Below the pieces are notes generated by a model. That model did not search any database. It worked only from the letters and a program-made list of their open reading frames with translations, and had not been told where the DNA came from. A DNA stretch of 61,287 nucleotides from Azolla caroliniana (lineage: Eukaryota; Plantae; Polypodiophyta): assembly GCA_043228905.1 (NCBI GenBank), contig JBHGNT010000172.1, forward strand, positions 1-61,287, written 5' to 3'. The position numbers were made by a program, and so were the translations under genes. Positions 49,232-61,287 of this stretch are shown in pieces. Every line of letters starts with the position of its first letter. Position 1 is the stretch's first letter.

Positions 49232-49566
49232 GCACTGTACAGAGGTTACACCAACAACTCTATCATGGTTATTAAGTTTGCCCTAGGTCATATTTATACT
49301 AATATGACTTTCGGGCTATTTACAAATATAACCCCAGTGGGCTCTCTGGAACATATTTACATATATGTCCCATCCATCCGATGAGAGGTTCTCACCGGGC
49401 CTGCAACATCCGGTTCTCACCGGGTCTTCCGTTGCCGGGTACGCCACATCCGGTTCTCACCGGGTCTTCCGTTGTCGGGTACTCCACATCCGGATTTGGC
49501 CTCGGCCGAGTTGCTCATCAACACGGTTCTTCTCACTTCCCATCCGGAGGAACCTGTTTCCTAACA
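48910..49566 (-). repeat. Solo LTR O, TSD AACCG
   Basis: TG...CA flanked by AACCG; copia U5 motif; internal ~35-bp repeats. Confidence 0.9.
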
Positions 49567-52500
49567 AACCGGAAGGTTAGTAGTAGCCTATACTCCTAGA
49601 CTACCAGGTAGTCAGAGTCCTCGTAGTTAGTGTCAACTGCTCGTATGAGCATTGAAGTACATAGTACTTCTGTCAGTCCTTTTGAGGACTTGTATAAATA
49701 ATGTTGTTTAGCATGTTGTATATGAAAAAAATAGAAGAAAATACATAGTGTTATTTTTTAATAGAGTTTATGTTCTGCTCTCTCAGTCTCTCCCGTGTAT
49801 GCTAAATACTCTCAAGCTTCCATTGAACCTGTGTTTTATTCTCTGTTGCTGCCCAGCTAAACCGGTTTTGTCAAGCTTCCGCACACTAACTTTTACATGG
49901 TATCAGAGCACGAGGGTTGAGACTCCTCTGCAACCGACAAATGCTTCCGAAGACAAACCCTAACACCCGGTGAAGAACAATAGAGAATCGAGATGGATAG
50001 AGGTATGGTAAGTTCGCTTCCCATAGAAAAGCTTGACCGGAATAACTATGCATCTTGGTCATATAAAAGGCACTAGTACCTATTGGGGCATGGATATTGG
50101 AGCTATGTGGAAGGAACCAATGAGGTAGCATCGGAGTCGGCACACAAAGACTTCCCGGCATGGGAGCAAGGAGCGAGCCGCATATTGTATTGCCTCGCGT
50201 CCGATGTGCACGGTTAGATGCTCGGCTACATCAAGGACGCAAAAATGCCAAAGGAGGTCTGGGAAAATCTACGGAAGATTTTCGCTGCAAGTACCACAAC
50301 CCGTAAGTTGTAGCTCCGGCAAGAGCTGAACAACATCTGGCAAAGAGATATGTCGGTTACGAACTACACCACTAAGATTACGGCGATCTGCGATGCACTC
50401 GGATCCATCAACGTAACGGTGGAAGAAGACGAGATGGTCCAGATATGTCTTGGTGGTCTTGCACAACGGTACGGGCCAATCCGGACGACAATTTGCACCC
50501 AGGAGAAGCCACCGTCCTTCTTCGACTTACAATCAATGTTGATGGTCAAAGAAAACCACGCGAGCGGGTCGAGGACCAATCAATCGGATAACTAGATGTT
50601 GTTCATGGAGGCGGATTGGCGTCGTAGGCGTGGAGGACGAGGTGGGTCGGCACGCAATGGAGGCGGCCGACAAGAGCAGAACTGAAGGCACAGAGATGGT
50701 GCCGAAAACAGTTCCAGACCCTCCACAAGCAAGGGGAGTCAAGTCAGAGCCGGAAACCAACAATAAAAAATCGACACAAAATGCTAGTACTGTGGCAAGA
50801 AAGGTCATAGAGAGAGCAAGTGCTGGAAGAAGCGTGCCGATTCGGATTAATCTAGATCTGGCAAGGCCGGACAAGGGAATCAACAAAGCTCGCACTACGC
50901 TGAAGGATCGGAAGAATCCGGAACCGGGAAAATCAGAAAGGGGCCTACCTTTGTGATGAAGCACAAGGTGATCTCGATGAAGAAGACCACTTCCGGATCG
51001 GAAGAAATGTGGTATGTTGATTCCAGAGCGTCAAACCACATGACGAGCCACGAAGAGTGGTTCTCATTTCTAGAGAAACCGGAACAACCGGGAGTTGTTG
51101 AAACCGTAGGCGACACTCCTCACCCGATTGTGCATGTCGAAGAACTCCCTTATGTCGGACAAAGGGGGAAGTTGATGAATGTTCTACATGTCCCGACAAT
51201 CACAAAGAACTTGGTGTCGGTCGGAAAAATCATTGACCAAGGAATGCAGGTGCGGTTTACACACTTCGGGTGCTTCATTGAGGAAGAAGGCCGAATAATC
51301 GCGCAAGGGCGTAGAGAAGGGAGGATGTTCATCCTCAACACAAATGACGTCGGCACCGCCATGTTTGCCAAAGGATAGAAGATTGAATCGAACATCGATC
51401 TCTGGCATATGTGGATCGACCACGTCAACTACTGGAGGCTTCAAGATTTGCAATCAAAACAATTTGTGTTCGGTTTACCAAAGTTTAGTGGCTTGATGGC
51501 CCAAATATGTGAAGCCAGCCAACTCAGGAAGCAACACTGGCTTCCATTCCCCACCGAACGAAACCGGAGCCGTAACAAGCTCGATCTAATCCATTCGGAT
51601 GTATGGGGGCTGGCACAGAACGTTAGTCTTGGCAAGAGTTGGTAGTCTCCTTCATCAACGACTACAACCGACACACGTGGAACTACCTCATCGAGAAGAA
51701 AAGCGAAGTCTTCGATTGTTTCCGAAACCTTCAAAGCTTAGTCGAAAGGAAACGAAGATGAAGATAAAGAGTTTGCAGTTGGATGGCGGAAAAGAATACT
51801 TTTTCGGCCAATTCAACAGTTATCTACAACAAAAAGGAATTTGGAGAGAATTCAGCTGCCGATATACACCAGAACAAAATGGTGTGACCGAAAGAAAGAA
51901 TCGGTCGATTGTCGACGCAGCAAGGGCAATGCTGAAGGAGAAGAGCATGCCCAAATTCTATTGGGCTGAGGCGGTTCGGATGGCCATCTATATCCAAAAC
52001 CGAATCGGGGACAAGGTGTCAGCACATGAGCTGTATTTCGGGCGGAAGTCAGATTTGAGACACCTTCGGATATTCGGTAGCATAACATATGTGCATGTAC
52101 CAGATGAGCAGCGGAGGAAGCTGAATTCGAAATCAGAGAAGTGCATACTCGTCGGCTACTCGCATGAATAGAAGGGGTATAAGTGTTATAACCCCCGGAC
52201 TAAATAGGTACGAGTAAGTCGAGAGGTCCAGTTTGATGAGTTGACATCATGGTACTCCCTACCGACTCCAACTCCCGATGAAGACCCGATTCTGGAGGAT
52301 GAGGCTAGTGAACCCGGTGAGGTTCAAGAAGAAGATGAAGGTGTCGGTACTCTAGATGAGAGTCCGATCTCATTCTGGCTAAGTGGGCCGTATGAGCGGT
52401 TGAGTCAGGATGACCAGTCGGATGAAGAACCGGCGAGAAGTGGAGACTCTGTCGTGCTCTCCCCGCGTAAGGAACCGAGGAGATGATTCACGTGCAAAGA

Positions 52501-53614
52501 TAAGGGGAAGAAGAAGATGCCAGAATATGATACTAGTAGTGAAGGGTTGGATCGGAGCGAATCTGACCCAGGAAAGGAAGAAGGCGGATCTTCAAAAAGG
52601 AAGTCCGAACTGGCTAAGAAAGGCCTCAAACCAGCTAAGGAAAAGTTACGCCGCTCAATCCACCAGAAGAACCCCGTCCAGAGGTACAGATACAATGAGT
52701 ACATGGCGCATCACTATGCGTACATGACTAAGGTGGTGGAAGTGCGTGAGCCGGAGAGCTATGTAGAAGCAACAAAAGACGCAAATTGGTGTGCTGCTAT
52801 GGAGGAAGAAATGCGGGCACTTGATGCCAACGACACATGGGACGTGGTTGACCCTCCCCAACAGTGTAAACCGATTGGTTGCAAATGGGTATATAAGGTG
52901 AAGTACAATGCCGATGGTTCAGTCAACCGATAGAAGGCCCAATTAGTGGCAAAGGGATACGCACAAACCCACAAAATCGACTACGACGAGACCTTCACTC
53001 CGATAGCGAAGATGACGACGGTTCGTGTGGTACTGGCTGTTGTTGCGGCAAGGGGATGCCATCTTCACCAAACAGATGTGAAGAATGTGTTGCTATATGA
53101 TCCAACCCCTCAGTTTCCAATCAGAGATGAACAAGTCGGCAGTATGCCGACTCAAGAAGTCGCTTTACGGTCTGAAGCAAGCCCCTCGAGCTTGGAATGT
53201 GAAAATCACGCACTGGTTGCGTAAGATGGGGTTTGTAGCCTCAAAGTCCGACTCGTCATTGTTCATCCGGAAAGGTTCAGACAGTCCGGTTTGTATCATA
53301 CTATATGTTGATGATTTAGTCATCACCGGACCTAGACTGGATGAAATCGGCAGAGTGAAGTCCCAGTTGTCAATCACATTTGAAATGAAGGACCTGGGGG
53401 ACCTTCATTATTTTCTTGGGATCAAGGTGATCCGGACCCCCGATGGCATATTGCTCTCACAAAGAAACTATGTGTTGAACCTAAAGCTACGTCCTGACTC
53501 CGGCCCGGCCTGCGATGAGAAACGGTTCCGACAAATTGTCAGAAGCCTTATATACTTGACGATCACCCGACCCAACATCAGTTATCCAGTCGGGGTGATC
53601 AACCAGTTTATGCA

Positions 53615-54038
53615 TGAAAAGAATGTTGTGTGGAAGCAATATAGGAGACCGAACAACAGAAAACGCAGGTTTAATGGAAATCTTAGGTTTGCATAGTACG
53701 CACAGGAGAGAGAGAGAGAGAGAGAGAGAGTAAGCACAAGAACTTAATTCAAAAATATCATTCAATCTGTACATAGGATGTGCTCAATGAGCACTTTTAT
53801 ACAAGCCTTGACAGTTGGGTTGCCACAAGTACTGACAGTACTTGAGTGCTCATAAATGAGCCTCGACACTTACTCCCAAAACTGTTCCTTACGAGGAATA
53901 TCTTTCTAACGGCCTTTCGGTCTACGCACCGATACGGCCTCTCATTACACACTGGTTCGGCCTAACCGATCGGTCCCAACCGATCGGGTCCTCGGCTTGC
54001 TCAGCCGATCCGGCCGATGTTGAGCTTGTCTCTCAACA
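53615..54038 (-). repeat. Solo LTR Q, TSD ATGCA, inserted in the RT of P
   Basis: TG...CA flanked by ATGCA; 5' end resembles the P LTR start. Confidence 0.9.
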
Positions 54039-55157
54039 ATGCAGAAGCCGACAGTGGATCACCTTCAATGCACGCATCGACTATTGCGATATGTGAGTGG
54101 CACGAAGGACCGAGGATTGTTATACCGACATGGTATAACTGGGAAGCTAGTCGGTTATACCGATGCTGACTAGGTTGGTGATGCATCGGATCGTCAATCG
54201 ACCTCTAGTTACATGTTTTCTCTTGGTAGTGCAACTATTGCATGGAGCAGCAAAAAGCAGCCAATAGTGGCTCTATCAAGCACTAAGGCCGAGTACCGTG
54301 GTGCTACCATTGCCACATGTGAAGCCATCTAGCTTCGGCGACTGCTGCGAGACCTCCAGATCGAGGTGCCGACCCCGATCTTGATCTACTGCGACAACAT
54401 AAGTAGCATACAACTCGCCAAGAGCCCTGTATTCCATGCTCGGACAAAGCACATAGAGGTGCATTATCACTTTGTCCGTGAGCGGGTCCTGAGCGGTGAA
54501 GTTGAACTTCGGTATCTTCGTATGGATCGACAGGCTGCCGACATCTTCACCAAGCCTCTCAGATCGGACAAATTGTAGCACTTTTCCGAAATGTTGGGTC
54601 TATAGCATCTCGACGTGCCACACTTCAGGGGGAGAACGGATGGCAGCAGACAAGGAGCCGGAGAGGAAGAAAGAACCAAGGGAGGAGACGAGCAAAAATA
54701 GGAGGCCGAGCCGACCGAAGGAGTCGGCACATCCGAACAAGTTAGAGCAAGCGGCAACGGCGATAGAGTCAAGAAGGATAGAGCCGACCGAAAAAAGGCC
54801 AAGACCCGGACGTGGTCCGATATGGTGAAGGGCCTAAAAATGGAAGGCGAGTTGGAGACTACCAACTTCGATAAGACCTGGAACGAATCAGAGGAAGTGG
54901 TTTCAGAAGAGCCGGATCAACTAAAGGCCAAGCGGACGAGAAAGCAGCGGAAGTTGACACCGGCACAGAGGAACTGATGGGTCAACAAGCACCAGAGTCA
55001 TAGCAACGAAGGAGCTAAGATTGGCTTGCTGAGTAGACAAGCTGACCAAGGAGGTCAAGGTGCACAGAACCGGACGGGTCGTGGGAAGCAGAAACGGACT
55101 AGACGAGGAGCGCAAGCTAGGTGGAGGATGTTAGAAGGAGCTGGAGGAAAGGACCGG

Positions 55158-57668
55158 TGTCGTGAAGGATTTGCTTCATGATATAAAAATAAATTTAAAT
55201 ATTGAATTTAGTAATATTTCAAACACTTGAACCCACAACCTTATAAACCAAGCACAATATATATACCACTAGGGTAGGCTATTTGTTTTTAAAAAAGTTG
55301 TCAAGAATATGCTTCACTATATAAGAATAAACTTAAATATTGTATTAAGTAAAATAGAGGGACTTGAACCCATAACCTTGTATATCAAGCACAAAGCATA
55401 CACCACTAAGCTATGTTATTTGTTTTAAGATTATATCCATCATTATACTTATCCCATATATTTTTCATACATGGGAGCTCAAATGAGCATGATGGCTATC
55501 ATGCATCACATGCAATGCATGTGCACCAAATGACGATCATGCATCACATGTAACTCATGCATCACATGCATGCCATGCTCCTACACATTACCATATGCAT
55601 GGCAATATTTATAAAAAGAGGGTAAAGGAAAATAAAAGGGGAATCAAGAGAAAGTTAGAACATAATTAATAAAATAAACAAGTTAGCTTGTTGGTGAAGA
55701 GGCTCGTGTTTCTAAGTTCGAGTCAAGGGTTCAAATCAAGAGTCGGTAGAGAAAGGGTTCATCTTGTTATAAAGCATTGTAATGTTGGTAAAAACTTGTT
55801 TTCTTAATATAAATCATGTTCATATCTTATACTCTTTCTTCTTAAATCATACATTCTCTTTATCTTTTATCTATGCTCATCTCTCTCACACACATTGCTT
55901 TAAACTCTTATTCTTCTTATCCTTAATCTTCCTAACATTTGTGCGCAAAGCCTTATAAAAGTTTCGTCAACTCCCTTTAACCTTAGTCCCTGCGACTTCG
56001 CCGCACGAACCACAACTACCCCGACACATTTGGTGAACCCGACGTGAAGGCGGCATCAAGGCAAAATGGAGGAGCAAATGAGGCTTATGTGTACGATGAT
56101 GGAACAAATGATGCGATAGCAAGGGATGATGGCAAGCATCGACAAAGCCATCGACAATATTCTTGCATGAGTAGGAATCTTCGAAGGTATAAATTTAACA
56201 AGATATCTGAAGATTTACAATGAAGAAATGCTTAAACGTAGTGTTGACGAAGCTGCCAAAATTAATAGCTTTAGTCGAGTCGCTGCGATTGGGCTACAAC
56301 AAAGGATCCAGGAGCTATAGAGGGAGCATCAGACATGGGCAACTTTCGAAAGAGCATTACTGAATGAATACAACCTCAACGATATGTCAAGGATGACAAG
56401 GCGAGCTTTCATGGATTGGGTAGAGTCTAATAAACATTTAAGTGTTTTGGAAGTGTTAAAAGAGTTTTTAGAAAGATTTGAGCAATTAAATGTTAGGGAT
56501 AGAAATATAATAATGCTAGATAAAGTAATATTGTTTCTACAAGCTACTAATATTAAAGACAGGAAAGACTTGGGAATGCTTCTGGAAGATCAAAATAGTC
56601 CTAGTGGACTTACCGAAGATTGGGAGGAGGTGAAAAGGGCTTGCACCCATTTTTGTAAAAGAAAGTTATGGTTTATGGAGCTGCCGGAGAAGAAGGGAGA
56701 CGAAACGGGGAACGACTCGGGAGAGAAGAAAATAGAAGATTCACTCTTGCATGAATTGGTGAAAGGCATGAAAGACTTGTCGATCAAAGTGACGAAGCTA
56801 GAATCGGGACAAATCTCGACTTCATCAAGGCAAGGAGGTGGAATGGTCCGAAGGTGTATGTGGTCTGATAGTGTCGACCACCAAAAGAAAGACTGTCAAG
56901 AACATAGGGATTCTCTTAATCATGATAAAATCTACTATCAAGATGGAAAGATTCACTTGACAAAGACTCAACAACCAATCCAGCTCAACTTCGGGAAAGG
57001 TGGAATGAAAAAGCTAATGGAAGATGTCGAGAGAGAAACGACTCAAGTGATACAATCCGTGACAACCTTAGGGTTGCGTGTAGAAGACTCATATGGTGGA
57101 TCTGACTTTTGGTAGGATGTGATGGAGTATGCAAGAAAAGGAAAGGTTCGAGTGGATGAATTAAAAAGGGCAGGAGATGAAATACGACACTTCACTGGAT
57201 GGAATGATCTAGTAGACGCACTATTAGCATTCGCCCAAGTGAATGCACAAGATGGTGGAAGAGAAGCGAAAAAGAGCTGAGTAGGTTAGTCTGGCAAAAA
57301 GGCATGAGACACAAGAACAAGAGAGAAGAGAGATGGAAAAGGATGCTCCTTGATAAAGTAAAAGGGAAGACAAACCCAGCTTTCTAGCTTGCTTCGGACA
57401 CAGAAGACATGACAGATTTAAAACATGTCACGGAAGAAGTTACAAGAGTGTGTTCAGCATCACTCCAAGATCTAGATCGTGACACCATCAATGATGCAAG
57501 TGTAAAGAAGATAAATAATATTGCAATTCATGAAGGGGATAGGAGTCATTATACAAAGAACCATTGGGCTCAAGCAACAATAGAGGCGCCTACAAAAATT
57601 GCGGAGCAACAAATTCCTTATATTTCTTTGATAGATCATGGAATAAAAATTAACATGATGTCTTCGGA
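55158..57668 (+). mobile_element. Element G: degenerate Trp-PBS gypsy (LTR 55158-56026, PBS 56031-56048, pseudo gag-PR)
   Basis: TGTCG...CGACA; homology to D/F Gag; HWAQATIE...LIDHG. Confidence 0.87.
55357..55414 (-). other. tRNA-like A/B-box module in LTR G (further copies at 55220-55277 minus and 55681-55740 plus)
   Basis: TAGCTTAGTGG...TTGTG-CTTGATA-TACAA...GGTTCAAGTCC. Confidence 0.68.
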
Positions 57669-60662
57669 ATGGCTCAAAATAATGACCCGATGGCATCCGC
57701 TCAAGCGGAAGGAACTCAAGGAAATCCTCCTGGACAAATGTCCATTGAGATGTATTTTTCACAAATAAGCCAATACCTTAGTACGAAGATTGCATATGTC
57801 GGTCGAGAACTATGGGGTAAGGCCGCCACTTGGTGGCATGGGCTCCGAACTTTGGGGAAATTGCCCGATACCTGGACAAATTTTGTCACGGTTTTTAAGG
57901 GCCAATTTTTGCAACCTCCCTCTCAAATCGAGGCAACTCAAGCTTTAATGAACCTCTCTAGGAGGAAATTTTCTTCGCTAGAAGACTATGTCCACCATGC
58001 TAGAACCCAAATCCAAAAATCGGGTCTAGAAGGGGACAATTGGTTAATAGCTTGTTTTGTCAATGGCATCCCCAATTTGGACTATCACTGGATAGTGCAC
58101 GATAAGGATCCAAAATCCTTCAAAGAGGCCGTTGAAATAGTTCTTCTCTATCAACGCACTTCAAAGAAGGACCACAACAAACCCAACGAAGCTCCAAGCA
58201 TACATCGACGGGATATAGTCCTTTTATGTTGATGTATGGTTTTTAGCCACGAGCCCCGATTGATGTTAATATACATCATGATGAGTTGCGAAGTATGCAA
58301 AAATTTCTTCGGGATATGCAAGATATGTTGCATATTGCACGAGATAATATAAAAACAGCTCAAGATAGAGCACGTTTTTATGCCGATCATCATAGGTAAC
58401 CTCGTGTATTCAACCCAGGACAGAAGGTATTTTTATGTGTATCTCACAATTCTAAGACATTGTCTACGGGTAAGTGCGCTAAGTTAGCCCCATGGTTTTG
58501 TGGACCATTTACAATCCTCAAACGCATTGGGTCATTAGCCTATCGTCTCACTCTTCCCGATGGTGTTAAAATTCATCCAGTTTTTCATGTGAGTCGTCTA
58601 AAAGAACTTCTAGGTTCTGGCGACAATACAGTTACAACTGAAACTCTGGTTACTTCTGAAGAATTATCTTCTACACCACATTTACCAGAAAGAATTCTCG
58701 ATGTTAAAACAAAAAAATTACGTACTAAAGAAATCCGAGAATTTAAAATAAAATGGATGGATAAATCAATCAAAGATGCCACATGGGAACGCGAAAATAC
58801 TCTCAGAACTAACTTCCCTAACTTTCCATCGCAAGAGTGCAATATTTTAAAGAGGGGAGTGTGTTACGGGCATGACCATATAATATCCTGTGGTCAGAAT
58901 TTACCGTAGTATTCTATATAGTCGCAATTCGCTAGGAAACCAAGACACCCAATGAATTCATGGATCACAATTGTAACTGACAACATCCTTTTTGCGTATT
59001 CTACAAAAAGAAGGGTCATACAAAAGAAAAATGTTGAAAGCTCCAACGGAAAGAGCACGACAACAAAGCAAAAGTTGCAGACCATAAAGGTCAGATTCCT
59101 AATGTCGTCGAGGTCTATACAAATCATTTAAGTAATTGTCAATGTTCTTTCCCTCACTCTGTATTGGGACCCAATGATTTACTGACAGGGATACACGCTC
59201 CCAATGAACAACGCTCGGCCACAACCGAGCCTAGAATCAAACACAGAAATCAGGTAATGAACGCACGACACAGTGAAGAGAAGAGTACACAGGGTGTTAA
59301 CAGGGAAAACCCAAACTAGGGAAAAAACCACGACAACCCACAGACTGCAAACTATCACTATATCAGAATGTACAATAGTAAAGCACCGAGGCAACGACCT
59401 CGAGCTTGCTATCTTCGCCACAGGCGGCGGTTACAACAGAGGCAACGACCTCTTCCTCTCTCTCACTCTCTCTGTACACAGTTACGCGCTCTAATCTTGT
59501 ACCAACAAGAATGACAACAACAACACTAAGTTTGCCCTAAGTCATATTTATACTAATATGACTTTTCCGCTATTTACAAATATAGCCCCGATGGACTCTC
59601 AGAGAAACATATTTACGAATATGTCCCTTCATCCGGTGAGTACTTCTCACCGAGCCTTCACCATCCAGCTCTTACCGGGTACTCGTCATCCGGTTCTCAC
59701 CAGGTCTTCCGTAGCCGGGTACTCCACATTTGGTTCTCACCAGGTCTTCCGTTGTCGGATACTCGTCATCCGGTTTCTTCTCAACATTGTTCTTCTCACT
59801 TCCCATCCAGAGGTACCTATTTCCTAACATTTACTACGTGCAAACGGGTATGTCAATGGATCTCCCGTACAATTTTTGTTTGATTCGGGAACCTCACACA
59901 ACTTTGTGAATGATCGTTTGGTTCAGATATTGGGAATCCAACCCATCGTAAGTGATCACAACTATACAATGTACTTGGCTGATGGAAGAGTACAATAAAT
60001 CAACGGGGCGATTCATTCATTACGAATTTATATTGATACTTATATAGAGGAAGTAGACTTCCATGTAATGAATCTTTGTACCACTGATGTAATATTGGGT
60101 AACTACAGAGCACGAGTCCTTGAAATATTTTTGTGACCAACAAGACCTGAAAGGTCGTAAGGCACGATGGACTGATCTCATCCAGGACTTTGATTTTGCC
60201 ATACAATATCGTAAAGCTTCCATGAACACTTTCGTTGATGCACTAAGTCGCATTCGTGAAGTTAACATGCTTAGCTTCACTAAAATAACATCAGATCTTT
60301 ATGATCACCTTCGAGGAAAGTATCCTGATGATAGTTATTTTGCGAATTACTGGGCAAGAGTTGAGTCTGGAACAGACACCACCACATCCTCGAAGGAATA
60401 CTTCCACATTGCTAACAGTTTGCTCTACCGTAATGGGATCTGTGTTCCAAATTTGCCTGAGGTCAAAAAGAGAATTCTTTTTGAATGCCATGATGCACCC
60501 TCAGTAGGGCACCCTGGAATACATTGTACACTCATTCTAATATTCACCCAATTCTATTGGCCTAAGATGTGCCCTGACATACATAGCTATGTGACTAAAT
60601 GTCACCAATGTCAGGTTAACAAAGCCGAGCAACTTAAAGCCACAACACTTTTACATCCCTTG
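57669..60662 (+). mobile_element. Rearranged chromovirus remnant(s) R: gag; INT C-terminus, chromodomain, PPT and LTR start (58862); knuckle and PR; RH end and INT zinc finger
   Basis: KAATWW, FCGPF, HPVFHVS, chromodomain PERILD...IKW...ATWE, FLFDSG, HDAPSVGHPG...CHQC. Confidence 0.82.
59183..59829 (-). repeat. Solo LTR S (O family), TSD TTTAC
   Basis: TG...CA flanked by TTTAC. Confidence 0.9.
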
Positions 60663-60932
60663 AGTTCTTCCTCGTCAGATCAAAGGTTGCAAAGGTGACA
60701 CACTCATTCTCACTCACTCTTTCTCTCTCACTATGTCATACACTTTATGGGCTATTTACAAATATAACCGGTCTTAGGCGTGCCAACACATATTTACAAA
60801 TATGTTCACTTCTAGACCTCACCGTATTCTACCGAATGCCTTTCAGTTGATCCAACTATGGCTCTGGTTTCTTCTCCGGACTCCAATTCGGTTCATGCTT
60901 GCTTCCCATCTGGAGGGACCTGTTTCCTAACA
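60663..60932 (-). repeat. Partial O/S-family LTR (T)
   Basis: Ends CCTGTTTCCTAACA; contains the GGGCTATTTACAA motif. Confidence 0.72.
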
Positions 60933-61287
60933 TATGTTTCCATTGACCTCTTTCTCCTTGTCGGTTGATGGAGGTCCCTTCCGTTAGTCGTGTCGACGTG
61001 GAGAGCAAAGTGGATGACGACTTAGCGTTCTCCATGTTAAACCTTCTAAGCACCTTTCGGATATAATGGGATTGGGAGAGTCGGAGAGTCTTTATCATCC
61101 GATTTCACTTAATCCCCATGCCCGAGATATGTCAGACTTGTCTGAGTTCCTTCTTCGTGAAGATTCTGCTTTAGTCTTCCGATTTCTGGTTGATTGCTCC
61201 CAACAATCAACATATCGTCAACATACAAGATCAAGTAGATCTGGGACTCATCGGTCAATTGTCGGATGTACATGCATGGGTCAGAGT
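60933..61287 (-). pseudogene. Copia RT fragment
   Basis: ILYVDDML and LSQSHYIRKVLRRFNM. Confidence 0.85.

Larger units (their letters stand above)
48827..55157 (+). mobile_element. Element P: degenerate copia (LTR ~48827-49897, PBS 49898-49909, pseudo gag-pol ~49993-54980, PPT and 3' LTR start at 55129)
   Basis: TGGTATCAGAGC; WYVDSRASNHM, YVDDLV, HARTKHIEVHYH; many stops. Confidence 0.87.

Noticed and set aside
49370-49500. CRISPR-like repeat array (also 59630-59780 and 39840-39960)
   Set aside because: These are contiguous degenerate U3 tandem repeats with no unique spacers and no cas genes.

Overview
This window is entirely a nest of plant LTR retrotransposons; I found no host gene. The host is a land plant, and a non-seed plant such as a fern is only a weak guess. 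About 20 elements or fragments can be delimited by LTR termini, primer-binding sites (PBS), polypurine tracts (PPT) and target-site duplications (TSD). (1) An Athila/Tat-like Ty3/gypsy family with a tRNA-Arg PBS and a large extra 3' ORF: A (1-7163, -), B (17395-27291, +, complete, LTRs apparently identical) and C (33467-35815, +). (2) A Ty3/gypsy family with a tRNA-Trp PBS: D, E, F (complete) and G. (3) Several Ty1/copia elements (H, I, J, K, L, M, P), solo LTRs (N, O, Q, S) and a rearranged chromovirus remnant (R). Two four-level nests share host H: H>I>J>B and H>E>D>A. The top candidate for a new system is in element B. It has no PPT next to its 3' LTR; that position instead holds the 3' end of tRNA-Arg(UCU) including CCA, i.e. 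an inverted second PBS, which suggests tRNA-primed plus-strand synthesis. Other highlights: 4-bp CpG-centred target sites and a conserved -1 frameshift after the protease in the Trp-PBS family, tRNA-like A/B-box modules inside its LTRs, and a conserved ~900-aa coiled-coil extra ORF. All comparisons were made by eye and tRNA identities are from memory.
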